NCBI RefSeq assembly: GCF_003018115.1
Contig: NZ_CP027457.1
Length of the DNA: 64,000 nt
Source: Escherichia coli
Lineage (GTDB): Bacteria > Pseudomonadota > Gammaproteobacteria > Enterobacterales > Enterobacteriaceae
Strand: one strand, 5' to 3'
Position 1 is the first letter of the stretch, and the number at the start of each line of letters is the position of its first letter. Below the pieces are notes generated by a model. That model was given only the letters and a program-made list of their open reading frames with translations, searched no databases and had not been told where the DNA came from. The position numbers and the translations under genes were made by a program. Shown here piece after piece: positions 46,433 to 56,355 of the stretch.

Positions 46433-46815
46433 TTTTTGAGATATTCCTTAAAAATACCCACTTAATCAATCACAAAACAAATATATAAACAAGCAATCAT
46501 TAGATTAGCTTATGTTTAATAAAATTATTATACAATTCAATAAGATGAATAAAAAACCCTATATTTAAATTATTGCCATAATACACCTGACGCGAATTAC
46601 ACAGGTTCACACAATCTATTTAACGCTTGCAGAATACCCCTCTTTACGATCGATAAAAAGTCCTTTTCTTATTTATTTTGAAGCGTAAAATGCGGGGTGA
46701 TGAAGGAGTGGTGATTTTATTTTCACCGCCATTAGGGCGGCATTGCCGATATTTTTTTGCGGTACAAATATGCCGTGTTCATGGCCTGTACGAGATAACA
46801 TGACGGATCACTTTT

Positions 46816-47316
46816 ATGAGCAAAAAATTTGAAGGCAGCGTCGCGCCTCGCGAGCGTATTAATATATCGTATGTCCCAAAAACAGATGGCCAGACGGCTG
46901 AAGTGGAACTTCCGCTTAACATGCTCGTTGTCGGCGATACCGGAAATACGCAGGAAACATCCCCACTGGATGAACGTCAGGCAGTTTCCGTTAACAAGCA
47001 CAATTTCGGTGCAGTGATGGCTGAAGCAGCCATTGGCCTCAATTTTACCGTCCCTGCCACACTGAAGGGAAGCACAACGGACGATGAGCTGAATGTGGCG
47101 CTGAATATCAAGTCACTGGATGATTTTTCACCAGATAGCGTGGCCCGGCAGGTTCCGGAAGTGAATAAATTGCTGGAACTGCGTGAAGCACTGACTGCAC
47201 TGAAGGGGCCGATGGGTAACCTTCCGGCATTCCGTACCCAGCTCCAGGCATTGCTGGAAAATGAAGAGTCCCGCGAGCAGTTGCTCAAAGAAATCGGCCA
47301 GGTGAGCAATAAATAA
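46816..47316 (+). CDS. tssB: T6SS sheath small subunit TssB (VipA)
   Basis: 166 aa MSKKFEGSVAPRERINISYVPKTDGQTAEVELPLNMLVVGD. Confidence 0.9.
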   Translation: MSKKFEGSVAPRERINISYVPKTDGQTAEVELPLNMLVVGDTGNTQETSPLDERQAVSVNKHNFGAVMAEAAIGLNFTVPATLKGSTTDDELNVALNIKSLDDFSPDSVARQVPEVNKLLELREALTALKGPMGNLPAFRTQLQALLENEESREQLLKEIGQVSNK

Positions 47317-47350
47317 CCACCACTATTTCATTAAACAGGGTTATCCAGGC

Positions 47351-47575
47351 ATGACGGCACACAAAAATATCTCCGGGACATACCACCTCTCTGTTGCAGA
47401 CATTCTGCAGGTGGTTTACCAGGTATGTTTCAGCCCGTCCGTTGAAATCAACCAGGATGGTGTGGCTGCGCTGATTACAACACTGGATCGCCGTATCAGT
47501 GATCTATTGGATGAGATTATCCATTTTTGTGAGTTTCAGCAGAGCGCGTCGCACTGGCAGCGCGTACTTCACTGA
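47351..47575 (+). other. 74-aa ORF paralogous to the N-terminal region of TssC (fragment or divergent duplicate)
   Basis: ...ALITTLDRRISDLLDEIIHFCEFQQSASHWQRV aligns to TssC ...SMIADIDERISRQMDVIIHAPAFQQVESFWRSL (~40-45% identity over ~60 aa). Confidence 0.45.
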
Positions 47576-47625
47576 CGGCGAAAAGCCGGTTTCAGAAACA
47601 CAGCTAAAACAGAAGGATTTTCAGT

Positions 47626-49101
47626 ATGTCTTTACAGGAAGAGGAACTCGTTTCCAGTCATGCCGGGCAGCCTGAGCAGGCATCGTCGCTGCTTGATCAA
47701 ATCATGGCACAGACCCGTATTCAGCCCGGTTCGGAAGGTTATGACGTTGCCCGCCAGGGTGTGACAGCCTTTATTGCCAGCATCCTGCAATCCACTGCAT
47801 CTGCCGAACCGGTCAATAAACTGGCCGTGGACAGCATGATTGCAGATATTGATGAACGCATCAGCCGCCAGATGGATGTCATCATCCATGCGCCTGCCTT
47901 TCAGCAGGTCGAGTCGTTCTGGCGCTCACTGAAAACCATGGTGGATCGCGTTGATTTCCGTGAAAACATCAAGGTCAACGTGCTTCATGTCACCAAGCAG
48001 GAACTTCTGGAAGACTTTGAGTTTGCGCCAGAAATTATTCAGTCCGGATTTTATAAGCACGTTTATTCGTCCGGTTTCGGACAGTTTGGCGGTGAACCCA
48101 TCGCTGCCGTGCTGGGCGCTTATGAGTTCAAAAATACCGCGCCTGACATGAAACTGCTGCAATACGTCAGTGCCGTGGGCGCAATGGCGCACGCACCGTT
48201 CCTGTCCTCCGTTTCCCCGGAGTTTATGGGGCTGAACTCGTGGACCGAACTGCCTAATATCAAAGATCTTTATGCCATCTTTGAAGGTCCGGCCTACACC
48301 AAATGGCGCGCCCTGCGTGACTCGGAAGATTCGCGCTATTTAGGGCTTACGGCACCCCGCTTCCTGCTTCGCCAGCCCTATTCACCAACAGATAACCCTG
48401 TTAAGAACTTTAACTATTACGAAGATGTCAGCCAGAACCACGAAGATTATCTGTGGGGTAATACGGCCTGGATGCTGGCATGCAATATCGCAGACAGTTT
48501 TGCCAAATACCGCTGGTGTCCAAACATTATCGGTCCGCAAAGCGGCGGCGCAGTGAAAGATCTGCCGGTGCATCTGTTCGAAACGATGGGGCAGATTCAG
48601 GCCAAAATCCCAACCGAGGTGCTGGTCACCGATCGCCGCGAATTTGAACTGGCTGAAGAGGGTTTTATCACCCTTACCATGCGTAAAGACTCTGATAATG
48701 CAGCCTTTTTCTCTGCAAACTCGGTACAAAAACCGAAGCACTTTCCGGGAAAAGATGCAGAAACCAACTATAAGCTGGGTACGCAGCTTCCTTATCTCTT
48801 CATCATCAATCGGTTAGCGCACTACATCAAGGTGTTGCAGCGTGAACAACTGGGGTCATGGAAAGAAAGGAGCGACTTAGAAAGAGAGCTTAATACCTGG
48901 ATCCGTCAGTATGTTGCCGACCAGGAAAACCCGCCTGCAGACGTGCGCAGCCGCAAACCTCTGCGCGCTGCCAAAGTTGAGGTTATGGATGTAGAAGGCG
49001 AACCCGGCTGGTACCAGGTTGCGCTAAGCGTGAGACCTCATTTTAAATTTATGGGGGCAAATTTTGAGCTTTCCCTGGTTGGCCGGTTAGACAGGGAGTA
49101 A
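47626..49101 (+). CDS. tssC: T6SS sheath large subunit TssC (VipB)
   Basis: 491 aa; HAPAFQQVESFWRSL conserved TssC motif. Confidence 0.9.
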   Translation: MSLQEEELVSSHAGQPEQASSLLDQIMAQTRIQPGSEGYDVARQGVTAFIASILQSTASAEPVNKLAVDSMIADIDERISRQMDVIIHAPAFQQVESFWRSLKTMVDRVDFRENIKVNVLHVTKQELLEDFEFAPEIIQSGFYKHVYSSGFGQFGGEPIAAVLGAYEFKNTAPDMKLLQYVSAVGAMAHAPFLSSVSPEFMGLNSWTELPNIKDLYAIFEGPAYTKWRALRDSEDSRYLGLTAPRFLLRQPYSPTDNPVKNFNYYEDVSQNHEDYLWGNTAWMLACNIADSFAKYRWCPNIIGPQSGGAVKDLPVHLFETMGQIQAKIPTEVLVTDRREFELAEEGFITLTMRKDSDNAAFFSANSVQKPKHFPGKDAETNYKLGTQLPYLFIINRLAHYIKVLQREQLGSWKERSDLERELNTWIRQYVADQENPPADVRSRKPLRAAKVEVMDVEGEPGWYQVALSVRPHFKFMGANFELSLVGRLDRE

Positions 49102-49107
49102 CACACC

Positions 49108-49521
49108 ATGATACCGGATCGGGAAAGAACCACAGGTTCTCTTTTTGAGCGTATGGAAGCCTCTTCGGCCAGAAACCGGCAGGGAGGCAGTATTCATTCG
49201 CTCAGGCAATCCATTCGCCAGAACCTACGAAACATTCTTAATACCCGGTCCGGTAGTTGCCGGGGTGCGCCTGAGCTGGGCATTGATGAACCGGAAGGGG
49301 CTGAAAACTTCCGCGAATCCATGAGTCGGGCCATCGAGCAATGTATAGAACGCTATGAACCCCGGATCTCACACGCTGAAGTGCAGGCAGTGGTTTCATC
49401 CGCCTCCAGCCCGCTGGATATGACGTTTCATATTACAGCCTGGGTGACATTTAACGAAACGCATGAGGTGCTTGAATTTGATATGGCACCGAATGGCAGC
49501 CAGCATTACCGGGTGGACTGA
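49108..49521 (+). CDS. tssE: T6SS baseplate protein TssE (gp25-like)
   Basis: 137 aa; position after tssC. Confidence 0.8.
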   Translation: MIPDRERTTGSLFERMEASSARNRQGGSIHSLRQSIRQNLRNILNTRSGSCRGAPELGIDEPEGAENFRESMSRAIEQCIERYEPRISHAEVQAVVSSASSPLDMTFHITAWVTFNETHEVLEFDMAPNGSQHYRVD

Positions 49522-49524
49522 CAA

Positions 49525-51375
49525 ATGGAATTTGAAGAACGCTATTTTCGGGAAGAACTCGATTACCTGCGCCAGCTTAGCAAGCTGCTGGCAACGGAAA
49601 AACCCCATCTGGCCCGCTTCCTGGCCGAAAAAGATGCGGATCCGGATATTGAACGCCTGCTGGAAGGGGTGGCTTTTCTTACCGGCAATCTCCGCCAGAA
49701 AATTGAGGATGAATTCCCAGAACTGACGCACGGGCTTATTAAGATGCTATGGCCTAATTACCTGCGTCCGGTTCCGGCAATGACCCTTATTGAATATACG
49801 CCGGATATGGATAAGTCTTCTGTACCGGTGTTAATCCCCCGTAATGAGCAGTTTACAACCAACGCCGGGGAAATCAGAGTTGATGAAGTGCTGCCCTCTG
49901 ATGCTAAAAAGGAGGAGCCGCCTCCCTGTACCTTCACCCTCTGCCGGGATATCTGGCTGCTGCCCGTTCGCCTGGAGCAGATTGAAAACCGCAGTACGAC
50001 CCGTAATGGTGTTATCAACATCACCTTTTCGGTCGCACCGGGAACGGATTTCCGCACGCTGGATCTGAACAAACTTCGCTTCTGGCTCGGCAATGACGAC
50101 AACTATACCCGTGACCAGCTTTATTTATGGTTCTGCGAATACTTGCAGGGTGCCGACCTGACTGTGGGTGAACAGCATATTCGCCTGCCTGAGTTTATGC
50201 TAAAAGCTGTCGGTTTTGAGCCGCAGGATGCCATGCTGCCCTGGCCGAAAAACGTCCACAGCGGCTACCGGATCCTTCAGGAGTATTTCTGTTACCCCGA
50301 TGCGTTTCTCTTTTTTAATCTTTGTGGTTGTCCGGCTTTGCCTGACGGATTGCAGGCGGAATTCTTTACCCTGCAACTGCGTTTTTCGCGCCCTTTGCCC
50401 GTGGACATCCGGCTGCGCCGCGATTCCCTGCGCCTGTATTGCGCACCTGCCATTAATTTATTTATCCACCATGCAGAAGCCATCACGCTGGACAACCGGC
50501 GGGCAGACTATCCGCTGGTTCCCAGCCGCCATTACCCACAACATTACGATGTATTTTCCGTTAACAGTGTGGTGAGCCAGGTCCAGGATATGTTCAGGAA
50601 AAAAGATCTGGGGCGTCCTGTTTCGACGCAGGCCGCGCGCCAGTGGCCAGCCTTTGAAAGTTTCAGCCATCAGATGGAATACAGCCGGAAGCGGGAAGTG
50701 GTGTACTGGCATCACCGGACCAAAACATCCCTGTTCCATCGCGGCTTTGATCATACCCTTGCCTTTATACATGCTGATGGCAGTTATCCGTCAGACGAAT
50801 CTCTGCTCAGTAATGAAGTGGTTTCGGTATCGCTGACCTGTACCAACCGTGAGCTTCCGTCACAAATTCGTTCCGGCGATATCACCGGCACAACCGGTAA
50901 AAATGCGGCTGTTGCTTCATTTCGCAACATTACCCGCCCGACGCAACCACTCTGGCCGGTCATTGATGGCAGCCTGCACTGGTCCCTACTCTCCGCCATG
51001 AACCTGAATTATCTGTCATTACTGGATACGGACGCGCTGAAGCAGGTCATCGCCAACTTTGATCGCCACGCAATCCATCATCCGCAGACGGCACGGCTGT
51101 CACAACAAAAGCTGGATGCCATTGAGCGTCTGGAGACCCGCCCCGTTGATCGCCTGTTTACGGGTATTCCCGTCCGGGGGCTGGCCTCCACGCTGTATCT
51201 GCACCCGGAGCCGTTTGTCTGTGAAGGGGAAATGTATCTGCTCGGTACGGTGCTTTCGCATTTTCTGTCGCTGTACGCCAGCGTTAACTCATTCCACATG
51301 CTGACCGTTGTGAACACAGAAAGCCAGGAGACATGGAAATGGACGGAAAGAATCGGGCAGCATCCTCTTATCTGA
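49525..51375 (+). CDS. tssF: T6SS baseplate protein TssF
   Basis: 616 aa; position and size. Confidence 0.85.
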   Translation: MEFEERYFREELDYLRQLSKLLATEKPHLARFLAEKDADPDIERLLEGVAFLTGNLRQKIEDEFPELTHGLIKMLWPNYLRPVPAMTLIEYTPDMDKSSVPVLIPRNEQFTTNAGEIRVDEVLPSDAKKEEPPPCTFTLCRDIWLLPVRLEQIENRSTTRNGVINITFSVAPGTDFRTLDLNKLRFWLGNDDNYTRDQLYLWFCEYLQGADLTVGEQHIRLPEFMLKAVGFEPQDAMLPWPKNVHSGYRILQEYFCYPDAFLFFNLCGCPALPDGLQAEFFTLQLRFSRPLPVDIRLRRDSLRLYCAPAINLFIHHAEAITLDNRRADYPLVPSRHYPQHYDVFSVNSVVSQVQDMFRKKDLGRPVSTQAARQWPAFESFSHQMEYSRKREVVYWHHRTKTSLFHRGFDHTLAFIHADGSYPSDESLLSNEVVSVSLTCTNRELPSQIRSGDITGTTGKNAAVASFRNITRPTQPLWPVIDGSLHWSLLSAMNLNYLSLLDTDALKQVIANFDRHAIHHPQTARLSQQKLDAIERLETRPVDRLFTGIPVRGLASTLYLHPEPFVCEGEMYLLGTVLSHFLSLYASVNSFHMLTVVNTESQETWKWTERIGQHPLI

Positions 51376-52421
51376 GTCCGGGAAATCCCCCGGCAGATAA
51401 AGAGCAGAATGATCCGCTGGCACAGGTTTTCCATAATGCCTGCTCTTACAATTTTTTTGCGATGGCGGAGCTGTTGCACCGCCTGGCAAAGGGTGAAAAG
51501 GGGACGCCAGAATTATCCCTGCGCGACGATCCGGCACAGGAAACCCTGCGTTTCAGCGCCGATGCCAGCCTTGCCTTCCCGTGCAGTGATATCAGTGCGC
51601 TGAAACGGGATACGTCAGGGGCATTCAGGATGACCACCACCTTTATGGGGTTACAGGGGAGCCAGTCGCCTCTCCCCGGTTATTACCTCGATCACCTGGC
51701 CTGGAAAGCGGTACATGAACAAAGTCCGGTAGGTGATTTTCTGGATATGTTCAGCCACCGCCTGACCCAGTTTGTCTGGCATATCTGGCGTAAGTACCGC
51801 TATCACATCAGTTTTCGTAACGGCGGTGTGGATGCGTTCTCGCAGCGCATGTACTCCCTTGTCGGGCTGGGCCACCGCCAGCTTCGCGATAAGCTGGCGA
51901 TTAATCACAGCAAAATGCTGGCGTATTCCGGGATCCTGGCAAATCCGGGACGATCCCCGGAAATTATCTGTGGCCTGGTGTCCCACTGCTTTGATTTGTC
52001 AGAAGTGACGCTGCAAAACTGGCAACGTCGCAAGGTGGATATTGAACCGGATCAGCAAAATAGTCTGGGGAGCTATTCTCTTAAAAATGGCGAAAAACTG
52101 GCGGGAAGATCGGTACTGGGCAACTTTGTTCTGGGTACACAAGTGCCCGATCTCAGCGGAAAATTCCAGCTCAGTATTACCAGCCTGACCCGAAAACAGT
52201 TCCTCTCTTTTCTGCCGTCCGGCGAAAACTTCCTGCCACTGACGATGTTCGTGTCCTTCATCCTGCGCGATCAGCTTGCCTGGGACTTACATCTGGGGCT
52301 GGCGCCGGAGCAGGTGGGCGCAATGCGCCTGGGCGATAACAAAAGTGCGCTGCTGGGCTGGACCAGCTTCCTCGGCACACCGGAAGAACGCCCCTCAGTC
52401 ACCATCAGGGTACGGTCGTAA
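51333..52421 (+). CDS. tssG: T6SS baseplate protein TssG
   Basis: 362 aa; overlaps tssF end; exact start uncertain. Confidence 0.8.
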   Translation: MEMDGKNRAASSYLSPGNPPADKEQNDPLAQVFHNACSYNFFAMAELLHRLAKGEKGTPELSLRDDPAQETLRFSADASLAFPCSDISALKRDTSGAFRMTTTFMGLQGSQSPLPGYYLDHLAWKAVHEQSPVGDFLDMFSHRLTQFVWHIWRKYRYHISFRNGGVDAFSQRMYSLVGLGHRQLRDKLAINHSKMLAYSGILANPGRSPEIICGLVSHCFDLSEVTLQNWQRRKVDIEPDQQNSLGSYSLKNGEKLAGRSVLGNFVLGTQVPDLSGKFQLSITSLTRKQFLSFLPSGENFLPLTMFVSFILRDQLAWDLHLGLAPEQVGAMRLGDNKSALLGWTSFLGTPEERPSVTIRVRS

Positions 52422-52424
52422 ATT

Positions 52425-53726
52425 ATGATAATCACGGAGCAGAATATGCCGGAAGAGAAACTACAGACGCTTTCATTGCAGGTCATTAACGGCAGTGAGC
52501 TGGAAAGCGGGCGGGCGGCGCGCTGTCTGTTCACACAGCAGGGAAATGTCGGCCATGGCCCCGAATGCCACTGGTCGGTACAGGATCGTCAGCAGAGCAT
52601 TCCGGCCCAGGCTTTTACCGTTATCCTGCACGATGGCACATTTTGTCTACGCCCGCAGACGGCACAACTGTGGCTGAATCAGGCAAAAGTCACAGCAACA
52701 TCAGACCTGATACAGTTGCGCCAGGGCGATGAGATCCAGATCGGACGGCTGATGGTGAGGGTTCATCTGAACCGGGGAGATATTCCCCATTACGATGAGG
52801 AAATGGCCACTCCCGAAACCATCGTTACCAATCGCGATATGCTCACGGATACCCTGCTATCAACGGAGGGTGCGCCACACTATCCGGGAATGACTCACCG
52901 GCACCAGCTTGCAGACACCGTGGTAAACGGTTTTTCTGCCGATCCACTCCAGGCACTTCAGTCCGAAAGCCTGATTACCACGGGCGATCCGCTTTCAGGC
53001 ATTGCGGCTGTCCGGCCATCGGCACCGCTGTCCGATCCGGCAAGTAATGGGGGGATCAATACTCCGTTTATGGATCTGCCGCCCATTTATGCCAGCCCCG
53101 GCGATCGTAATGACGACGTCTCTGCGGCAGAAATGGCGCAACGCCACCTTGCGGTCACCCCCTTACTGCGCGGTCTTGGCGGCTCGCTTACCATGAGCAA
53201 TTCCGACGATGCGGATGATTTTCTGGAGGAGGCCGGACGAACGTTACAGGCCGCAATAAAAGGTCTGCTCGATTTGCAGCAGCAGCGTAACAGCCTCTCA
53301 GACAAACATTTGCGCCCGCTGGAAGATAACCCGCTGCGCCTGAACATGGATTACGCCACCGCGCTCGACGTGATGTTTGCCGAAGGTAAAAGCCCGGTAC
53401 ATCTGGCGGCTCCCGCCGCCGTCAGTGAAAGCCTGCGCAATGTCCGCCACCACGAAGAAGCTAACCGGGCAGCAATTGTGGAGTCGCTTCGTGTCCTGCT
53501 GGATGCTTTCTCACCACAAAATCTGCTGCGCCGCTTTGTGCAGTACCGCCGCAGCCATGAACTGCGCCAGCCGCTGGATGATGCCGGAGCATGGCAAATG
53601 TACAGCCATTATTACGAAGAACTGGCCTCCGATCGCCAGCAGGGGTTTGAGATGCTGTTTAACGAGGTCTACGCCCAGGTCTATGACCGGGTGCTTCGTG
53701 AAAAACAGCGGGAGCCGGAAGCATGA
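52425..53726 (+). CDS. tagH: T6SS FHA-domain protein TagH (Fha)
   Basis: 433 aa; N-terminal FHA-like region (LSLQVINGSELESGRAARCLF...LHDGTFCLRP...NQAKV). Confidence 0.7.
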   Translation: MIITEQNMPEEKLQTLSLQVINGSELESGRAARCLFTQQGNVGHGPECHWSVQDRQQSIPAQAFTVILHDGTFCLRPQTAQLWLNQAKVTATSDLIQLRQGDEIQIGRLMVRVHLNRGDIPHYDEEMATPETIVTNRDMLTDTLLSTEGAPHYPGMTHRHQLADTVVNGFSADPLQALQSESLITTGDPLSGIAAVRPSAPLSDPASNGGINTPFMDLPPIYASPGDRNDDVSAAEMAQRHLAVTPLLRGLGGSLTMSNSDDADDFLEEAGRTLQAAIKGLLDLQQQRNSLSDKHLRPLEDNPLRLNMDYATALDVMFAEGKSPVHLAAPAAVSESLRNVRHHEEANRAAIVESLRVLLDAFSPQNLLRRFVQYRRSHELRQPLDDAGAWQMYSHYYEELASDRQQGFEMLFNEVYAQVYDRVLREKQREPEA

Positions 53727-54247
53727 ACAGGAAGGCGTTTCTGGCCTGCGTGCTGATGTGCGTCATATTAACCGGCTGCGAAACGGCGAAAAAAATCAGC
53801 GAGGTGATCAAAAACCCGGATATCCAGGTCGGGAGCCTGAAGGAGCAACCTTCGGAAATAACCGTCACCCTGCTGACTGAACCGGACACCAATACCAATG
53901 CGGAGGGTGAATCAGCCGCCGTGGATGTGCAACTGGTGTACCTGACTGACGACTCAAAATTGCAGGCAGCCGACTATGACCAGATAGCCAGTACGCCGCT
54001 ACCGGATGTGCTGGGTAAAAACTATATCGACCACCAGGATTTCAACCTGTTGCCGGACACCATCAAAACCCTGCCGCCGATAAAGCTGGATGAGAAAACG
54101 CAGTTTATTGGTGTCGTGGCCTATTTCTCCGATGACCAGGCCACTGAATGGAAACAAATCGAGACGGTGGAAGGAACCGGCCACCATTACCGCCTGCTGG
54201 TGCATGTACGTCAAAGCAGCATCGAAATGAAAAAAGAGGATGAATAA
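53723..54247 (+). CDS. tssJ: T6SS outer-membrane lipoprotein TssJ
   Basis: 174 aa; lipobox LTGC after signal peptide. Confidence 0.85.
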   Translation: MNRKAFLACVLMCVILTGCETAKKISEVIKNPDIQVGSLKEQPSEITVTLLTEPDTNTNAEGESAAVDVQLVYLTDDSKLQAADYDQIASTPLPDVLGKNYIDHQDFNLLPDTIKTLPPIKLDEKTQFIGVVAYFSDDQATEWKQIETVEGTGHHYRLLVHVRQSSIEMKKEDE

Positions 54248-54249
54248 TT

Positions 54250-55581
54250 ATGGCAACCACCCGCAATAAGGTGATGTGGCAGGAAGGGATGCTGATGCGC
54301 CCACACCATTTCCAGCAACAGCAGCGTTACAACGACTACCTGGATAACCAGCGTTTCCGGGCCATGAATGATTTATCCTGGGGATTTACCGAACTCACCC
54401 TCAACAATGAACTGCTGGCGCAGGGTAAGATCATGATTGACAGCGCGTCAGGCACACTGCCTGACGGCACCGTCTTTTCTATCCCCGACCAGGACGCACT
54501 GCCCGATCCGCTGCACCCGCAAAATTTTCCGGACGAAAGAAGCCGCAATATTTACCTCGCTCTGCCGGTCGCCAGTGATGTGAGAAATGAAATCAGCGAC
54601 GGGCGGCGAATCGGGCGTTACCGGCTGAATTATGCCGATGTCCGGGATCTGCATTCAGAAGAAGGCGACGCGCGAACACTGACGCTGGGACAACTGACGC
54701 CGCGCATTATGAGCGGTGCAGAAGATATGAGTGCCTATATTACGCTCCCGCTTTGCCGTATCAGCGATCGCCATGCCGACGGCTCCCTGACGCTGGATGA
54801 CGATTTTATCCCCTCCTGCCAGAATATTCAGGTCAGTAAGAAACTGCGTGTTTATCTCAAAGAGGTACAGGGGGCCATTGGCGGACGGGCAAGCGATCTG
54901 GCAAACCGTATTGGCTCTCCGGCGCAGAGCGGCATCGCGGATGTGGCGGAATTTATGATGTTGCAGTTGCTTAACCGTAACCAGACCCGGTTTACCCATC
55001 GCGCCCGCCGATCCCAGCTCCACCCGGAAGATTTCTACCTTGATCTTGCCGGGTTGCTGGGTGAACTGATGACCTTTACAGAGCCGTCACGCCTGCCCTG
55101 CCCGCTTGATGTGTATGATCATCATGACCTGACCAAAACATTTAAAACACTGTTACCGGAAGTCAAACGGGCGCTGCATACCGTACTGTCGCCAAGAGCG
55201 GTCAATCTGCCGCTGCATCTGCGTGACGGCATCTGGCAGGCCGATGTTCATGACTCGGAACTGCTACAGTCTGCCACCTTTGTACTGGCCGTGGCAGCAA
55301 ATATGCCTGTCGATCAGATCCAGCGTCAGTTTATCCAGCAGTCGAAAATTTCCTCGCCGGAAAAAATCCGCAATATGGTCAGTGTGCAGATCCCGGGTAT
55401 TCCTCTGCGCGCACTGATGGTGGCCCCCCGCCAGCTTCCCTACCATTCCGGGTTCAGCTATTTCGAACTCGACAAGAGCGGCCAGACCTGGACAGAAATG
55501 GCTGCCGCCGGGGCCGTTGCACTGCATGTATCCGGCAGTTTCCCGGATCTGAACATGCAACTGTGGGCGATAAGAGGGTAA
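54250..55581 (+). CDS. tssK: T6SS baseplate protein TssK
   Basis: 443 aa; position and size. Confidence 0.85.
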   Translation: MATTRNKVMWQEGMLMRPHHFQQQQRYNDYLDNQRFRAMNDLSWGFTELTLNNELLAQGKIMIDSASGTLPDGTVFSIPDQDALPDPLHPQNFPDERSRNIYLALPVASDVRNEISDGRRIGRYRLNYADVRDLHSEEGDARTLTLGQLTPRIMSGAEDMSAYITLPLCRISDRHADGSLTLDDDFIPSCQNIQVSKKLRVYLKEVQGAIGGRASDLANRIGSPAQSGIADVAEFMMLQLLNRNQTRFTHRARRSQLHPEDFYLDLAGLLGELMTFTEPSRLPCPLDVYDHHDLTKTFKTLLPEVKRALHTVLSPRAVNLPLHLRDGIWQADVHDSELLQSATFVLAVAANMPVDQIQRQFIQQSKISSPEKIRNMVSVQIPGIPLRALMVAPRQLPYHSGFSYFELDKSGQTWTEMAAAGAVALHVSGSFPDLNMQLWAIRG

Positions 55582-55585
55582 GACG

Positions 55586-56347
55586 ATGGATGAGGGGTCA
55601 CTGTCTCTGCCACCATTTACCGGATACGACGAAAAAAGCCTGCGCGACTACCATCTCGCGCTTCGTGGCAACAGCCTGAATCCGATGATCGACGCGGCGA
55701 CGCCGCTACTCGGTATGGTAATGCGCCTTTCCACCATGAACAGCCAGACGATGCCGGAGCATCTTTTTGCTCAGGTGGTGACAGATGTTCAGGCCGTGGA
55801 GCAACTGCTTCAGGAACAGGGCTACGAACCGGGCGTGATTATCTCGTTTCGCTACATCCTCTGCACGTTTATTGATGAAGCGGCGCTCGGTAACGGCTGG
55901 TCGAACAAGAACGAGTGGATCAAGCAGTCATTGCTGGTCCATTTCCACAACGAAGCCTGGGGTGGCGAGAAAGTTTTCATCCTGCTGGAGCGCCTGATCC
56001 GTGAACCCAAACGTTACCAGGATCTGCTGGAATTTCTCTGGCTCTGTTTTTCTCTGGGATTTCGCGGGCGCTACAAAGTGGCAGTACAGGATCAGGGGGA
56101 ATTTGAGCAGATCTACCGCCGTCTGTACCACGTTCTGCATAAACTGCGCGGCGATGCCCCTTTCCCGCTGTTACACCAGGACAAAAAAACCCAGGGCGGG
56201 CGTTATCAGCTCATCAGTCGCCTGACTGTTAAACATATTTTTTGTGGTGGCGTTGTCGTGCTGGCGTTGTTTTACCTGTTCTATCTGTTGCGGCTGGACA
56301 GCCAGACGCAGGACATCCTGCACCAGCTAAACAAATTACTTCGATAA
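55586..56347 (+). CDS. tssL: T6SS membrane complex protein TssL (DotU)
   Basis: 253 aa with single C-terminal TM helix (GGVVVLALFYLFYLL). Confidence 0.85.
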   Translation: MDEGSLSLPPFTGYDEKSLRDYHLALRGNSLNPMIDAATPLLGMVMRLSTMNSQTMPEHLFAQVVTDVQAVEQLLQEQGYEPGVIISFRYILCTFIDEAALGNGWSNKNEWIKQSLLVHFHNEAWGGEKVFILLERLIREPKRYQDLLEFLWLCFSLGFRGRYKVAVQDQGEFEQIYRRLYHVLHKLRGDAPFPLLHQDKKTQGGRYQLISRLTVKHIFCGGVVVLALFYLFYLLRLDSQTQDILHQLNKLLR

Positions 56348-56355
56348 GGACGTTT

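Noticed and set aside
46980-47000. Possible sigma-54 promoter near the hcp or tssB starts
   Set aside because: Candidate TGGCA/TTGC strings do not have the GG-N10-GC spacing of a -24/-12 element
56242-56355. Upstream extension of the clpV ORF overlapping tssL
   Set aside because: Start at 56356 (MIQIDLPTLVKRLN) directly after the tssL stop fits the canonical ClpV N-terminus; the extension is read-through in the tssL 3' region
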